Below are positions 28,492-38,668 of a DNA stretch of 64,000 bases, piece after piece. Every line of letters starts with the position of its first letter. The first letter of the stretch is position 1. The stretch is from Deltaproteobacteria bacterium (lineage in GTDB: Bacteria; Myxococcota; Kuafuiibacteriia; Kuafuiibacteriales; Kuafuiibacteriaceae). Below the pieces are notes generated by a model. It saw only the letters and a list, made by a program, of their open reading frames with translations, did not search any database and was not told the DNA's origin. The stretch is from the NCBI GenBank assembly GCA_040218735.1, contig JAVJQW010000038.1, positions 160,001 to 224,000 on the forward strand, written 5' to 3'. Both the position numbers and the translations under genes were made by a program.

Positions 28492-29712
28492 CTACGGGCG
28501 GAGCTCGGGACAGAGCAGCCCCTCGGAGGGCGCGCAGCCGGCGCCGATCAGGCAGCCGCCGTCCTGGCAGGTCAGCGTGCAGTCCGCGGCCGTCGAGCAG
28601 GTGCGACCGGAGTTGAGGCACGACCCGCCGTTGCAGAGGCACTCGTTGCCGCGCGAGCACGGGCGGCCGTCCGTGATGCAGAGGTTGTTCTGGCACAGCT
28701 CGATCGGCGCGCACTGGCTGTCGTCCTGACAGGGGGCGCCGCTGCCCGCGCACGAGGCCTGGCAGGGCAGCGCGGTGCAGTCCGCGTCGGTCGCGCACGC
28801 GCGCAGGCCGAAGCCGCCGCACGAGCGCTGACACTGACCCGGGAACCGATCCGGCGAGCACTCTTCGTTGCTCTGACACGTGCACCACCCGCGCGTCGCG
28901 GCCTCGCCGAGGCGGCACTCGCTGCCGGGGTTGCAGTCCGAGCTCTGGGTGCACTCGTTCTGCGTGGGCACGACGATGCGCACGCAGTTGTAGCCGTTCG
29001 GGCAGTTTGCTTCGTCGTTGCACTCCGTGGAGCAGAACGCCGACGCGCCGGTCTCGGGGCGGTTCGGATCGTACTGGTTGTTCGTCAGGCAGAAGCCGTT
29101 CGGGCTCGGGCACTCCGCCGGACCGTTCTCACACGGCTGGCAGTTCTCGTTGCTCGGGAACGGCGCGCACGTGCCGTTGTTGCAGACCTCGCCGTAGTCG
29201 CAGAACGACTTGTCGCCGCACGTCCCGGACAGGCACGCGCCGAGCGCGGAGCCGTCGGTGACCGTGCATGCCGAGTACAGCTGGCAGTCGCCGTGGCCGT
29301 AGCAGCCCGCGACACACGCGCCCGACGCCGGGTCACACACGAAGCCCGGATCGCAGTGCACGAGGCTCCCGCACTTCGTCAGCGCGATGCAGTCTCCGGA
29401 GCCCACGTCGCAGTACGTGTTCGGCTCGTCGCTGCAGTCGGCGGTCGTGCGGCAACCGGAGCGCGCCTGGCAGACGCCCTGCGAGTTGCACTCCTCGCCG
29501 GGGTTGCACGCTTCGTCGCTGCGGCAGATGCAGATGCCGACGGAGTCCGCCGCGCCGGTGATCTTACAGGCGGAGCCCACCGGACAGTCGGCGTCCGCTT
29601 GGCACTCCCCTACGAAGTTTCGTTGCTGGTTGCACGCACCGGCGACCGCCGCCAGCGCGAACGCGAGGACTAGGACCTTGGGCTTCACGTCTTCGACTCT
29701 CTTCTCGATCAC
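28492..29712 (-). CDS. cysteine-rich repeat lipoprotein, paralogue of 6876-8192
   Basis: Lipobox AGAC; shares CIC..DEAC...E.CN..GVCQ, PNTYCD..SG.C, FCL.NN and GGCLIG..CAP..GL.C.E with 6876-8192. Confidence 0.87.
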   Translation of the reverse strand: MIEKRVEDVKPKVLVLAFALAAVAGACNQQRNFVGECQADADCPVGSACKITGAADSVGICICRSDEACNPGEECNSQGVCQARSGCRTTADCSDEPNTYCDVGSGDCIALTKCGSLVHCDPGFVCDPASGACVAGCYGHGDCQLYSACTVTDGSALGACLSGTCGDKSFCDYGEVCNNGTCAPFPSNENCQPCENGPAECPSPNGFCLTNNQYDPNRPETGASAFCSTECNDEANCPNGYNCVRIVVPTQNECTQSSDCNPGSECRLGEAATRGWCTCQSNEECSPDRFPGQCQRSCGGFGLRACATDADCTALPCQASCAGSGAPCQDDSQCAPIELCQNNLCITDGRPCSRGNECLCNGGSCLNSGRTCSTAADCTLTCQDGGCLIGAGCAPSEGLLCPELRP

Positions 29713-31253
29713 TGCAGCGCCGCGTCACACGACAGCGCTTCGTCCCCGGGCGCGATGCGGTAGGAGACCTGGATGTCGGCGTCGGTCGGCGGCACGAACG
29801 TACCGTCGAAGAACACCGCGTTGCCGCCGGCTTCGTAGACCCACCCGGAGGCTCGGTTGTTGGCGATGACCTCGCCGTTGACGCGCACGCAGACCGGCAC
29901 CTCGGGGGTGTCGCAGTTGCCCTCCGCGTCCTCGACGCCGCAGCAAACACCCTTGCTGCAGTCCGGGAACTTCGTGAGCTCGAACTTCCGCGACAGTCCG
30001 GCCGCCTCGAACCCGAGCGCGTTGAGCACGCGACCGTAGTCGGCGTCGCAGATCGAACCGAAGATGCCGTTGCGCTCCAGCAGCTGCAGGAACAGGTCGC
30101 CCTTCAGGTTGCACGCGTTGTTCTCGCAGGTGACGCAGCCGATGTCGTCGCCGCACTTGAAGTTGCCGCAGTCCTGGTCGACCTGGCACTGACCGGACGG
30201 GACACAGACGCCGGGGAGGTTCGGCACCGGCGCCTGGCAGGCCTGGCCGGTCGGGCACGTGAGCCGCGTGCCGTCGCAGACGCGGAACTCGCCGGAGAGG
30301 CCGCGCGAGTACATCGACAGCGCGACGTAGCGCGTCCCCGGGGCGGCGAACTGCGGGGCGGAGCAGCCGCCGGGGTTGGTGCCGGACGCGTCGGTCGACG
30401 GCGGGCCGACGATGCTCGACAGGGACACGAGGCCTTCGTTGCCCGGGCCCTTCAGCGTCTCGAACGTGCGGTAGTAGTAGGTCGGCTCGCCGAACGACTG
30501 GTCCTCCTCGTCGGAGACGAAGATGATGAACAGCGAGGCGTCGGTCCGCAGGAAGCCCTGGTTCCGCGAGGGCATCGCGACGGACATCATCGCGTCGCGG
30601 TCGTAACCCTTGCCGACGGCGATCGACGCCGCGGTGAAGCCGGACTCGCGGCCGCCGCCCGCGGTGCCGACGTCGACGATGCGCGCGAAGGCCGCGGGGG
30701 CGTTCGGCGTCGTCGGCGTGACGAAGGTGATCGCCTGGTTCATGTCGCAGAAGGGGTTCGCGGGGTCGGTGCACTCGGCGTTGGAGCCCTGACAGTAGGT
30801 CGGCGTCTGCGTGGTGGGCGTGGCGCCGCTCGAGGGCACACACACGCCGGCGAGGCGGAGCTGGCCCTTGTCGATCTGCTGGTTGGCCTCGGTGATGTCC
30901 GTCGAGATGACGCCGATGTGATAGTCCGGCGGGTTACACGGCTGACCGGAGCCGCGGCAGGTCCGCGTGTCGAAGTCACACAGGTCGTTGTCGACGCCCG
31001 TCCCCTGGCACAGCGTGAGGCCGGAGATGAAGCGCTCGAAGTTGGTGGCGAGCAGCTGCTGCTCCTCGACCATCGAGTCCGAGTTGTCGACGACCCAGAG
31101 GATGTCGACGAGCGCGGCGGGCTTTTGTTTGAGCTCGTCGATCTGCACCTCCGGCTCGGGGAGCCGGACGAAGACCGGATCGTCCTGGCAGGCGCCGAGG
31201 GCTGCGCCGGTGGCGGCGAAGAGAACGAGAGCGCTGAATCGACGTACCATCAT
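29709..31253 (-). CDS. vWA-domain lipoprotein with Cys-rich insertions
   Basis: Lipobox LGAC; VDILWVVDNSDSM (MIDAS DxSxS); IIFVSDEED. Confidence 0.85.
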   Translation of the reverse strand: MMVRRFSALVLFAATGAALGACQDDPVFVRLPEPEVQIDELKQKPAALVDILWVVDNSDSMVEEQQLLATNFERFISGLTLCQGTGVDNDLCDFDTRTCRGSGQPCNPPDYHIGVISTDITEANQQIDKGQLRLAGVCVPSSGATPTTQTPTYCQGSNAECTDPANPFCDMNQAITFVTPTTPNAPAAFARIVDVGTAGGGRESGFTAASIAVGKGYDRDAMMSVAMPSRNQGFLRTDASLFIIFVSDEEDQSFGEPTYYYRTFETLKGPGNEGLVSLSSIVGPPSTDASGTNPGGCSAPQFAAPGTRYVALSMYSRGLSGEFRVCDGTRLTCPTGQACQAPVPNLPGVCVPSGQCQVDQDCGNFKCGDDIGCVTCENNACNLKGDLFLQLLERNGIFGSICDADYGRVLNALGFEAAGLSRKFELTKFPDCSKGVCCGVEDAEGNCDTPEVPVCVRVNGEVIANNRASGWVYEAGGNAVFFDGTFVPPTDADIQVSYRIAPGDEALSCDAALQ

Positions 31254-31408
31254 GGATTCCATACCGTGCAAGCAGGCAGCGTGGCGGATGCGAGGCCCCG
31301 CCGCCATGAATTTCGGGGTTGTTAGTCGTCTGGACCGCCCCTGTCCATCCGCAGCTTGGCCCCTTCTGCCTTGACTGCCATACCCAACACCCCTACCTCC
31401 CTCGGACC

Positions 31409-33196
31409 GTGAGCAACCCCTCCCAGCTCCCCGAGCCCGTACGTTTCGATTCCATGCCGCTGTCCGAGGACGCCGCGGCCGGTCTGAAGGCGCTCGGGTA
31501 CGAGTTCGCCACCCCCGTCCAGGCCGCCGTCTTCGAAAAGGCGATGGCCGGCGGCGACCTGATGGTCCAGTCCAAGACTGGCACCGGAAAGACCACGGCC
31601 TTCGGGCTGCCCGTCATCGAGCGCATCAAGATGGAGGCGGCCTCGGTCGACCCCCAGGCGCTGATCCTCTGCCCCACCCGCGAGCTGGCGATGCAGGTCG
31701 CCGAGGAGCTCGCCGAGCTGGGTGACCCCAAGGGTGTGCGTGTCCTCCCGATCTACGGCGGCGCGCCGATGGGGCCGCAGCTCAAGAGCCTCAAGGCCGG
31801 CTGCGACGTCGTGGTCGGGACGCCGGGTCGTGTGCTCGACCACATTCGGCGCCGCACGCTGCGCCTCGTGCACGCCCACACCGCGGTGCTCGACGAGGCC
31901 GACGAGATGCTGTCGATGGGTTTTTGGGAGGACGTCACCGCGATCCTCGGCCAGCTCCCCGACCAGCGGCAGACGCTTCTGTTCTCCGCGACGCTCCCCG
32001 ACGAGATCCGCAAGACGGCGCTGTCGTGTATGCGCGATCCGGAGACGGTCGACATCTCGCGCGACGAGCTGACCGTCGAGAACATCACCAACATCGCGTA
32101 CGAGACGGACGACCGGCTGCCGAAGCCGCGGAACCTGTTGTACGTGCTCGAGGTCGAGCAGCCCGAGAACGCGATCATCTTCTGTAACACTCGCGACGAC
32201 GCTTCGATCATCGCGGCGTTCCTACGGCGGCAGGGGCACCACGCGTTGTGCCTGTCCGGTGAGCTCGCGCAGCGCGATCGCGAGCGCGTGATGCGGCGGA
32301 TGAAGAACCGCGACCTGAAGTACCTCGTCGCGACCGACATCGCGGCGCGCGGCATCGACATCTCGGAGCTGTCGCACGTGGTGAACTACTCGCTGCCGCA
32401 GTTCACCGAGGTGTATCTGCACCGCGTCGGCCGCACCGGTCGCATCGGGAAGAAGGGCACCGCGGTGTCGCTCGTGAGCGGGCGCGACGAGATGACGTAC
32501 ACGGAGCTCACGCGGAAGTACGGCATCGACTTCGAGAAGAAGGAGCTGCCGGAGTTCGACGAGATCCAGAAGATGCAGGCCGAGCGCGTGGCGGCCGAGC
32601 TGCTCGTCGAGGCACGTGACACGGAGATCACGTCGTTCCTGCGGCTCGCGGACCACCTGAAGCAGACCGAGCCGGGCACCGAGGTCATCGCGTACCTGCT
32701 CAAGCGGTACTTCTCGTTCCTGGAGGAGAAGCGCCTCAACGAGCCGATCGAGATCGGCGGCGACAAGAGCAAGAGCCGCGACAAGGACCGCAGCGAGCGC
32801 AAGCGCAAACGCCGCGATCGCGAAGAGGACGTGGCGCCCGTCGAGGACGACGACGACGGCGATGACGACCGCCCGAAGAAGCGCCGCAAGCGGAAGCGCA
32901 AGAGCCGCGACAAGGAAGACGAGCCGATGCCGCCCGCGCCGAGCGGTGACTGGGTGCGCCTGTTCATCAACCGCGGCAGCAGCGACGGCTACGACGAAGG
33001 CAAGCTGCGTTCGCTGATCGACGACGTCAGCGGCAACAACGCGTCGGATGCGATCGGTCGCATCCAGCTGCGTCGCACGCACGCGTTCGCGGAGGTCACG
33101 GAGCAGGTCGCGACCGCGTCGATCGACGCGGCGGAAGAGGGCGTCGAGCGAGAGGAGAAGCCGGTCGCCATCGAGCGCGCGAGGACGCGGGGATGA
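31409..33196 (+). CDS. DEAD-box RNA helicase (DeaD/CsdA-like, DbpA-type RNA-binding C-domain)
   Basis: TPVQ, KTGTGKT, PTRELA, DEAD, SAT, HRVGRTGR; C-terminal VRLFINRG..DG...IGRI. Confidence 0.95.
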   Translation: MSNPSQLPEPVRFDSMPLSEDAAAGLKALGYEFATPVQAAVFEKAMAGGDLMVQSKTGTGKTTAFGLPVIERIKMEAASVDPQALILCPTRELAMQVAEELAELGDPKGVRVLPIYGGAPMGPQLKSLKAGCDVVVGTPGRVLDHIRRRTLRLVHAHTAVLDEADEMLSMGFWEDVTAILGQLPDQRQTLLFSATLPDEIRKTALSCMRDPETVDISRDELTVENITNIAYETDDRLPKPRNLLYVLEVEQPENAIIFCNTRDDASIIAAFLRRQGHHALCLSGELAQRDRERVMRRMKNRDLKYLVATDIAARGIDISELSHVVNYSLPQFTEVYLHRVGRTGRIGKKGTAVSLVSGRDEMTYTELTRKYGIDFEKKELPEFDEIQKMQAERVAAELLVEARDTEITSFLRLADHLKQTEPGTEVIAYLLKRYFSFLEEKRLNEPIEIGGDKSKSRDKDRSERKRKRRDREEDVAPVEDDDDGDDDRPKKRRKRKRKSRDKEDEPMPPAPSGDWVRLFINRGSSDGYDEGKLRSLIDDVSGNNASDAIGRIQLRRTHAFAEVTEQVATASIDAAEEGVEREEKPVAIERARTRG

Positions 33197-33900
33197 AGAA
33201 ACGCGCGAACACGACGTCGCAGCGCATGTCGCGGGCCAAGACGGTCAAGCGCAAGGGCAAGCTGCCGCAGACGGCGACCACCAAGACCGAGCAGGCGATG
33301 GTGGATCGGCTCCAGACCTTGGAGCCGGGTTCGCAGCGGTACTCCGTGCTGGTTTCGGCGATCGAGTTCAAGCGTTCCTGGGTGCAGCTCGCCCGTCACC
33401 TGACGGAGTGTCGGCGCACCAACGCGTTCAAGGAGTGGGGCTATCGAACCTTCGAGGCCTACGCGCAACACGAGTTGCACATCCGTCGCGAGACGGCGCA
33501 GAAGCTCGTGCGTGGGTTCGACTTCCTCGCGTCGCACGAGCGGCCGCTGCTGACGCAGGCGACGGAGTCGCAGGAGGTCACGCAGCTGCCGAGTTATCAG
33601 GCGCTCGACATCCTCGCGGAGGCCCGCCAGAACCCGTACCTCCCCGAGAGTGACTACCAAGAGATCCGCGACCAGGTGTTCCGGGAGGACACGCCGCCGA
33701 ACCAGCTCAAGAAGCTGGTGCGCGAGCGGGCGCCGGAGCCGCCCAAGCAGCAGGACGAAGATCCCACGGCGCGCCTGCGGAAGTGCCTCGCGCTCGCGGA
33801 GCGCCTCTACGGCATGTTGCTCGAGGAAGACGTCCCGGAGGCGGTGAGCCACCCCGTCGAACAGACCATAGGCAGCCTTCGCCGTTTGATCGAAGAGTGA
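33193..33900 (+). CDS. hypothetical protein
   Basis: ATGA overlap with the helicase stop; helical; WGY.TFE.Y...EL motif. Confidence 0.8.
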   Translation: MKKRANTTSQRMSRAKTVKRKGKLPQTATTKTEQAMVDRLQTLEPGSQRYSVLVSAIEFKRSWVQLARHLTECRRTNAFKEWGYRTFEAYAQHELHIRRETAQKLVRGFDFLASHERPLLTQATESQEVTQLPSYQALDILAEARQNPYLPESDYQEIRDQVFREDTPPNQLKKLVRERAPEPPKQQDEDPTARLRKCLALAERLYGMLLEEDVPEAVSHPVEQTIGSLRRLIEE

Positions 33901-33905
33901 ACCCG

Positions 33906-35963
33906 ATGCGTCGCTGGCTGGTCGCGCTGTTCACATTGACCGCTTGTGCGGGGCCGCTGAAGTCGTCGATCTCTCCGGCGGATCTGTTGCGGCGGGTCGA
34001 GGACGCCGAGGCACGTCGCGACGCCGCGTCGCCCGCGGTCGCGCGGGCGCTGGGGCGCCAGGAGGAGCGGCTCCGCATCGCGGGGTTGATGACCCTCGCG
34101 CGCACGGAGGCGGTCGGGACGTCCTCGCTCGCGCGGGTGCTCGTCGGGGATCGGGATCCGAAGGTCGCGACGTGGGCGGCGTTCAGCCTCGGGCAGATCG
34201 GTGACGCCGCCGTGACCGCGACGTTGCTCACCGCCGCGGACTCGAAGGCGTCGGTGGTGCCCGATCAGATCTTGCTCGCGTTGGGGCGCGCCGGGACGGC
34301 GACGACCGCGCGGCTGTTGATTCCGCACTTGTCGGACGACAGCGCGCCGGTGCGCGGGGCGGCGGCGCTGGCGATCGGCCTCATCGCGAAGCGCGACCTC
34401 GAGCCGCTCGCGCCCGACCGCTTCGAAGCCGCGCTCGCGCCGCTGCTCAGCGACGCGGATCGCGACGTCCGCTTCGGCGCGACCTACGCGTTGATGCGTT
34501 TGGAGAGCCCGGGCGCCGCGGTGATGTTGATCCGCCTGCTCGCGGACGCCGACCCGGAGATCCGCGCCAACGCCGTCTACGGTCTAGGGCGCGCGCACTC
34601 CGCGCCGCAGGTGCTCGACGCGGTGATGGCGGATCCGGACTGGCGCGTCCGCGTGCAGCTCGCCCGCGCGCTCGGGGAGATCGCCAAACACGACGAGAGC
34701 GACGCACCCGCGGCGTCGATTCGCCTGGGGGCCCTCGGCACGAAGTCGTTCGCGCGGTTCAGGAAGGGCGACCCGCTCGCCTCGGGACGCGCGACGCACG
34801 TGTTGCTCGCGGTGGCGGACGCTGCGGCGCAGTCGCCGAAGTTCGGGCGCAAGGTGCTCGAAGGGCTGGAGAGCGCGCCGTGGTCGATGGACGGGCTCGC
34901 AGAGGCGTCGATCCCCGACGTCGCGCGGGTGCAGTGCCGCGTCGCGTACCACCTCGATCGCATCGACGAGGAGATCAAACGCGTCCGCACCTGCGGGAAG
35001 CCGAGTTACCCCGAGTGGGCGCGACAGGTCATGGTCACTCGGCTCCTCGCGGCCCGCGGTGGGGCGCGGTCGATCCAGTCGCTGGTCAACCTCGCGTCCG
35101 GACAGGACCCCAAGGTTCGCGTCGCCGCGATCCTCGCGCTGGGGACGATCGAAACCCGAGAGGCGACGGAGGCGCTTCGCCCGTTCGTGCGGAGCAACGA
35201 CGCGTACGTTGCGACCGCGACCGCGGAGATCCTCGCGCGGCCGGCGCGCGCCGGTCTGCGGTACGACGGGTTGGTCTCCGACCTGGGGGCGACGTTGGTG
35301 TCGACCATCGAAGACCCGGACTCCTCTCGCGTCGCCCTCGTGCTCGACGCCATCAAGAACCTGGGGTCTGCGGCGGCGCCGCTGTTGGGCACCCTCGAGA
35401 AGCTCGACACGGACCCGCGAATCGCGATCCGTCGGCGGGCGGCCCAGGCGCGGGCGGCGATTACGAATACACCCGTCGCGTTCTCTCCCCTGAAGACCGC
35501 ACCGGCGGCGGCGGGTCCGACGCCGACGCGTCGCGTGCGTCTCGCGTTCGACACCGTGCGCGGAACGGCGGTGATCGAGCTGTTCGGGGACGTGGCGCCC
35601 AACACCACCGCGAACCTCGTCGCGCTCGCGGCCCAGGGCTTCTACACCGACCTCACCTTCCACCGGGTCGTGGCCGACTTCGTCGTGCAGTCGGGTTGTC
35701 CGCGCGGTGATGGGTGGGGGATCGGCGGTTCGGTGATCCGCGACGAGACGTCGCCGCTCCCGTTCGTGCGGGGCGCCGTGGGGATCGCGACGAACGGTCG
35801 AGACACGGGCGGCAGCCAGATCTTCGTCATGCACGCGCACCACCCCCACCTGGAGGGTGGCTACACGTTGGTCGGGCAGGTGTTGGAGGGCATCGAGGTG
35901 ATCGATGCGCTGCAGGAGGACGACCGGATCCTCGGCGTTCGTTTACTCGCTTCCAAACCCTGA
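33906..35963 (+). CDS. HEAT-repeat lipoprotein with C-terminal cyclophilin-type PPIase
   Basis: Lipobox LTAC; repeated L.D.D..VR..A..ALG; FY..L.FHRVV.DFVVQSG.PRGDG, DTGGSQIF. Confidence 0.92.
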   Translation: MRRWLVALFTLTACAGPLKSSISPADLLRRVEDAEARRDAASPAVARALGRQEERLRIAGLMTLARTEAVGTSSLARVLVGDRDPKVATWAAFSLGQIGDAAVTATLLTAADSKASVVPDQILLALGRAGTATTARLLIPHLSDDSAPVRGAAALAIGLIAKRDLEPLAPDRFEAALAPLLSDADRDVRFGATYALMRLESPGAAVMLIRLLADADPEIRANAVYGLGRAHSAPQVLDAVMADPDWRVRVQLARALGEIAKHDESDAPAASIRLGALGTKSFARFRKGDPLASGRATHVLLAVADAAAQSPKFGRKVLEGLESAPWSMDGLAEASIPDVARVQCRVAYHLDRIDEEIKRVRTCGKPSYPEWARQVMVTRLLAARGGARSIQSLVNLASGQDPKVRVAAILALGTIETREATEALRPFVRSNDAYVATATAEILARPARAGLRYDGLVSDLGATLVSTIEDPDSSRVALVLDAIKNLGSAAAPLLGTLEKLDTDPRIAIRRRAAQARAAITNTPVAFSPLKTAPAAAGPTPTRRVRLAFDTVRGTAVIELFGDVAPNTTANLVALAAQGFYTDLTFHRVVADFVVQSGCPRGDGWGIGGSVIRDETSPLPFVRGAVGIATNGRDTGGSQIFVMHAHHPHLEGGYTLVGQVLEGIEVIDALQEDDRILGVRLLASKP

Positions 35964-35973
35964 AGCCCGTACG

Positions 35974-38082
35974 ATGTGGTCGGTGGAGCTTACGCCGACG
36001 CTCCGCGCGCACCTCGACGCGCTCGACCCCTACCTCGAAGATCCGACCGTTTCGGAGATCTTGGTGGCCGGGCCGGACCGCGTCTTCGTCACGCAGGACG
36101 GGGCGAGCCGCCCGGTGGAGATCGCCCTCGGCGAGGCGCGCCTGCGGTCGATGGCGGACCGCCTCCTGCGGGCGATGGGCCCCCGCCCGCGCGAGCAGAG
36201 CGCGGTGCAAGTCGGGCGGATCAGCGACGATCTGGAGGTCACGATCATCGGCCCGCCGCGCGGGCAGCGGTGCCCGATGGTGCGTGTCGTTCGCCGCACC
36301 GCGGCGCCGCGCACCCTCGACGATCTGGTGACCTCCAACGAGGCGAACACACGCCTGCGCGGTGTCCCGGAGGCGCGCGCCTCGGTGCTCTTCACCGGCC
36401 CCCACGGCGCGCCGCGGATCGACCTCGTCGTGGCGATGGTGGCCGAGTGGTCCGCGTACGGGCGGGTGCTGGTGCTCGACGCGGAGGACGGGCCGCTCGC
36501 GACGTCCGGGGCGGCGGACCTCGTGCTCGATCCCGAGGTGGGCGGCGGCGCGATTCAGGCCGTCGCGGCGGACGCGGTGGTGGCGTTCGATCCCTCGCCG
36601 ACGACGTGGTCCGATCTGCTCGCCTCGGGCCGCCCCGTGGTGGCGTCGATCGAAGCGCCCGACGGCGAGACCGGACTGATGCGGGTCATGGCGCGCGTGC
36701 TCGCGGGGCGCGCGGAGCTGTCGCGCGCGGCCGCGGAGGCGCTCGTCGAGTCGGCGTTTTCGGTGGTCGTCGAGCTGTCGGCGGCGCCGGGGGCGGCGCC
36801 GGTGCTGCGCATCGGGCGCGCCGCGTTCCGCGGGGACGGGCTCGCGTTCGAGACGCAGTCCTCCGGCCGGCCCGTCCGTGTACCGGACACCACCGATCTC
36901 CCGGCGCCGGCGCACGACGTGATGTCGCCGGCGTCGGCGCCCAACCTCGAGGTCCCCGAGCCCGCGGAGGACGCGGTCCAGGCGGCGATGCTCGACCTCA
37001 TCCCGGAGGACCTCGTCAGCAAGTCCTTCGTGCACGAGCTCGACGATCCGACGGCGGACTCGGTCGACCTCGACACGGGTGACGTCGACGAGACCGCGCG
37101 GGGCGACGCGACGCCCGCGTTCGCGGTGAAGGTGCCGGTCATCGACGTCCCCGACAGCAAGGTGATGACCGACGGCGAGGACCAGACGCAGTTCGCGCCG
37201 GACCCGCAGTCGGACGAGCGCACCACGAACGACCCGGCCGGACCGATGATCGACGGCGAGGTGATGGCCGCGTTCGACGCGGCGGTGGAAGCGGTGGAGG
37301 CCGCCGAGTCGTTGGTCGACGTCGACGCGCTCGAAGAGGAGGAGGACGTCGAGGTCGACGAGGACCCGACCGCGGAGCCCTTCGACGAGATGCAGACCGA
37401 CGACCGGGCGCGGAGCGGGCCGAAGCGCCGCGTCCCGAACGAACGCACGCCGACGGAGATCGGACCGCCCAACGGGAACGAGGGCTCGGCGTGGGCCGCG
37501 AAGGCGTACACGGCGGCGGCCGGGGTCGGGAACGTCGACATCCCGGAGGACGAACACCGCGAGCTGTCGTCGCCATTCGAGCGGTTCGACGACCAGGACA
37601 TCCGCACCTCCGCGCAGGAGCTCGCGCCTTCGCTCGACCCGTTCGATGCGCTGGACGCGCCGACGGGGCACGGTGACATGCGCGCGCTCGCGGAGCGCAC
37701 GCTCGGCGTCGGCGCGCGGATGCCGGCCGGGCTGAAGGAGCCTTCGGTCGACGACGTCTACGACTCGCGGGTGCACGCCGAGGTCGAGGACGTGGGTGCG
37801 CCGCGGTTGGGCTCGGGGTTGGTGGAGGAGTCCGATGAGGAATGGGACGCCGAGGGGCCGTCGCTGATCATCGACGGGCCTCCGTCGCTCGCGCGCCGCG
37901 GTCCGGATCCGGACCACACCCGTACGGGCGCGCTCGGTCCCGACGCCACGGCGCCGGTCCCGAACCGCCCGAGTCGGCGGCCGCGCCAGGGCGGGTCGGA
38001 GCACGGGGCGTCGAACGATCGCGAGGCGCAGGAGGAGCGTCGGCCGGTGCGGCGAAAGCCACCCGGGCGTTCCCTTGACTAG
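35974..38082 (+). CDS. degenerate CpaF/TadA-like ATPase domain plus long acidic low-complexity tail
   Basis: N-terminal LDPYLEDPTVSEILVAGPDRVFV is typical of CpaF/TadA; the Walker A position reads TGPHGAPR with no GKT. Confidence 0.75.
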   Translation: MWSVELTPTLRAHLDALDPYLEDPTVSEILVAGPDRVFVTQDGASRPVEIALGEARLRSMADRLLRAMGPRPREQSAVQVGRISDDLEVTIIGPPRGQRCPMVRVVRRTAAPRTLDDLVTSNEANTRLRGVPEARASVLFTGPHGAPRIDLVVAMVAEWSAYGRVLVLDAEDGPLATSGAADLVLDPEVGGGAIQAVAADAVVAFDPSPTTWSDLLASGRPVVASIEAPDGETGLMRVMARVLAGRAELSRAAAEALVESAFSVVVELSAAPGAAPVLRIGRAAFRGDGLAFETQSSGRPVRVPDTTDLPAPAHDVMSPASAPNLEVPEPAEDAVQAAMLDLIPEDLVSKSFVHELDDPTADSVDLDTGDVDETARGDATPAFAVKVPVIDVPDSKVMTDGEDQTQFAPDPQSDERTTNDPAGPMIDGEVMAAFDAAVEAVEAAESLVDVDALEEEEDVEVDEDPTAEPFDEMQTDDRARSGPKRRVPNERTPTEIGPPNGNEGSAWAAKAYTAAAGVGNVDIPEDEHRELSSPFERFDDQDIRTSAQELAPSLDPFDALDAPTGHGDMRALAERTLGVGARMPAGLKEPSVDDVYDSRVHAEVEDVGAPRLGSGLVEESDEEWDAEGPSLIIDGPPSLARRGPDPDHTRTGALGPDATAPVPNRPSRRPRQGGSEHGASNDREAQEERRPVRRKPPGRSLD

Positions 38083-38115
38083 GGCGCGCTGTCGGCGGAC
38101 GACGACCAGGTTGTC

Positions 38116-38577
38116 ATGGGATCCACCTCCCGAGACGTGGCGCACGATCTGTCGCGGCTGATCCGCGGCGACATCGACGTGCGCGACTTCCCGTGGCTCG
38201 ACGACAAGGAGCGTCGGGCCCTCGGTGCGCTCGGGATGTCGATGATGAAGTCCGGCAAGGCCGACATCGCGAAGGCGGCGTTCGGCGTGCTGATCGATCT
38301 GGAGCCCGACGACGCCGTGCACCGGCTGATGTTCGGGCACGCCTGCGCCCTGTTGAACGAGGTGCAGGACGCGTTCGTCAGCTTCGGCAAGGCCATCGGG
38401 CTCGCCTCGCAGGACGAGGCGCAGCACGAGGTCGCGAGCGAGGCGTTCCTCGCGCGGGGGGATCTGCTCCTGCGGCTGGGGCGCACGGTGGAGGCGCGGG
38501 CGGACCTCGCCGACGCGGCGACGCGGATGGCGGATCCGGTGCGGAAACGGTCGCTCGAAGCCTTCTTGGCGCAGTGA
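38116..38577 (+). CDS. small TPR protein (SycD/LcrH chaperone-like)
   Basis: 153 aa; G.....A...F..L..LEP, G.......A...F..AI.L, RG..L..LG...EA..DL. Confidence 0.75.
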   Translation: MGSTSRDVAHDLSRLIRGDIDVRDFPWLDDKERRALGALGMSMMKSGKADIAKAAFGVLIDLEPDDAVHRLMFGHACALLNEVQDAFVSFGKAIGLASQDEAQHEVASEAFLARGDLLLRLGRTVEARADLADAATRMADPVRKRSLEAFLAQ

Positions 38578-38668
38578 AGGAAGATCTTGCGACTTGGTGC
38601 GTACATGTGGTTGTATATCGGAGTGTGGCCTCTATTAAGGAGGCAGCGCGAAGCGACAGGAGGCGACT

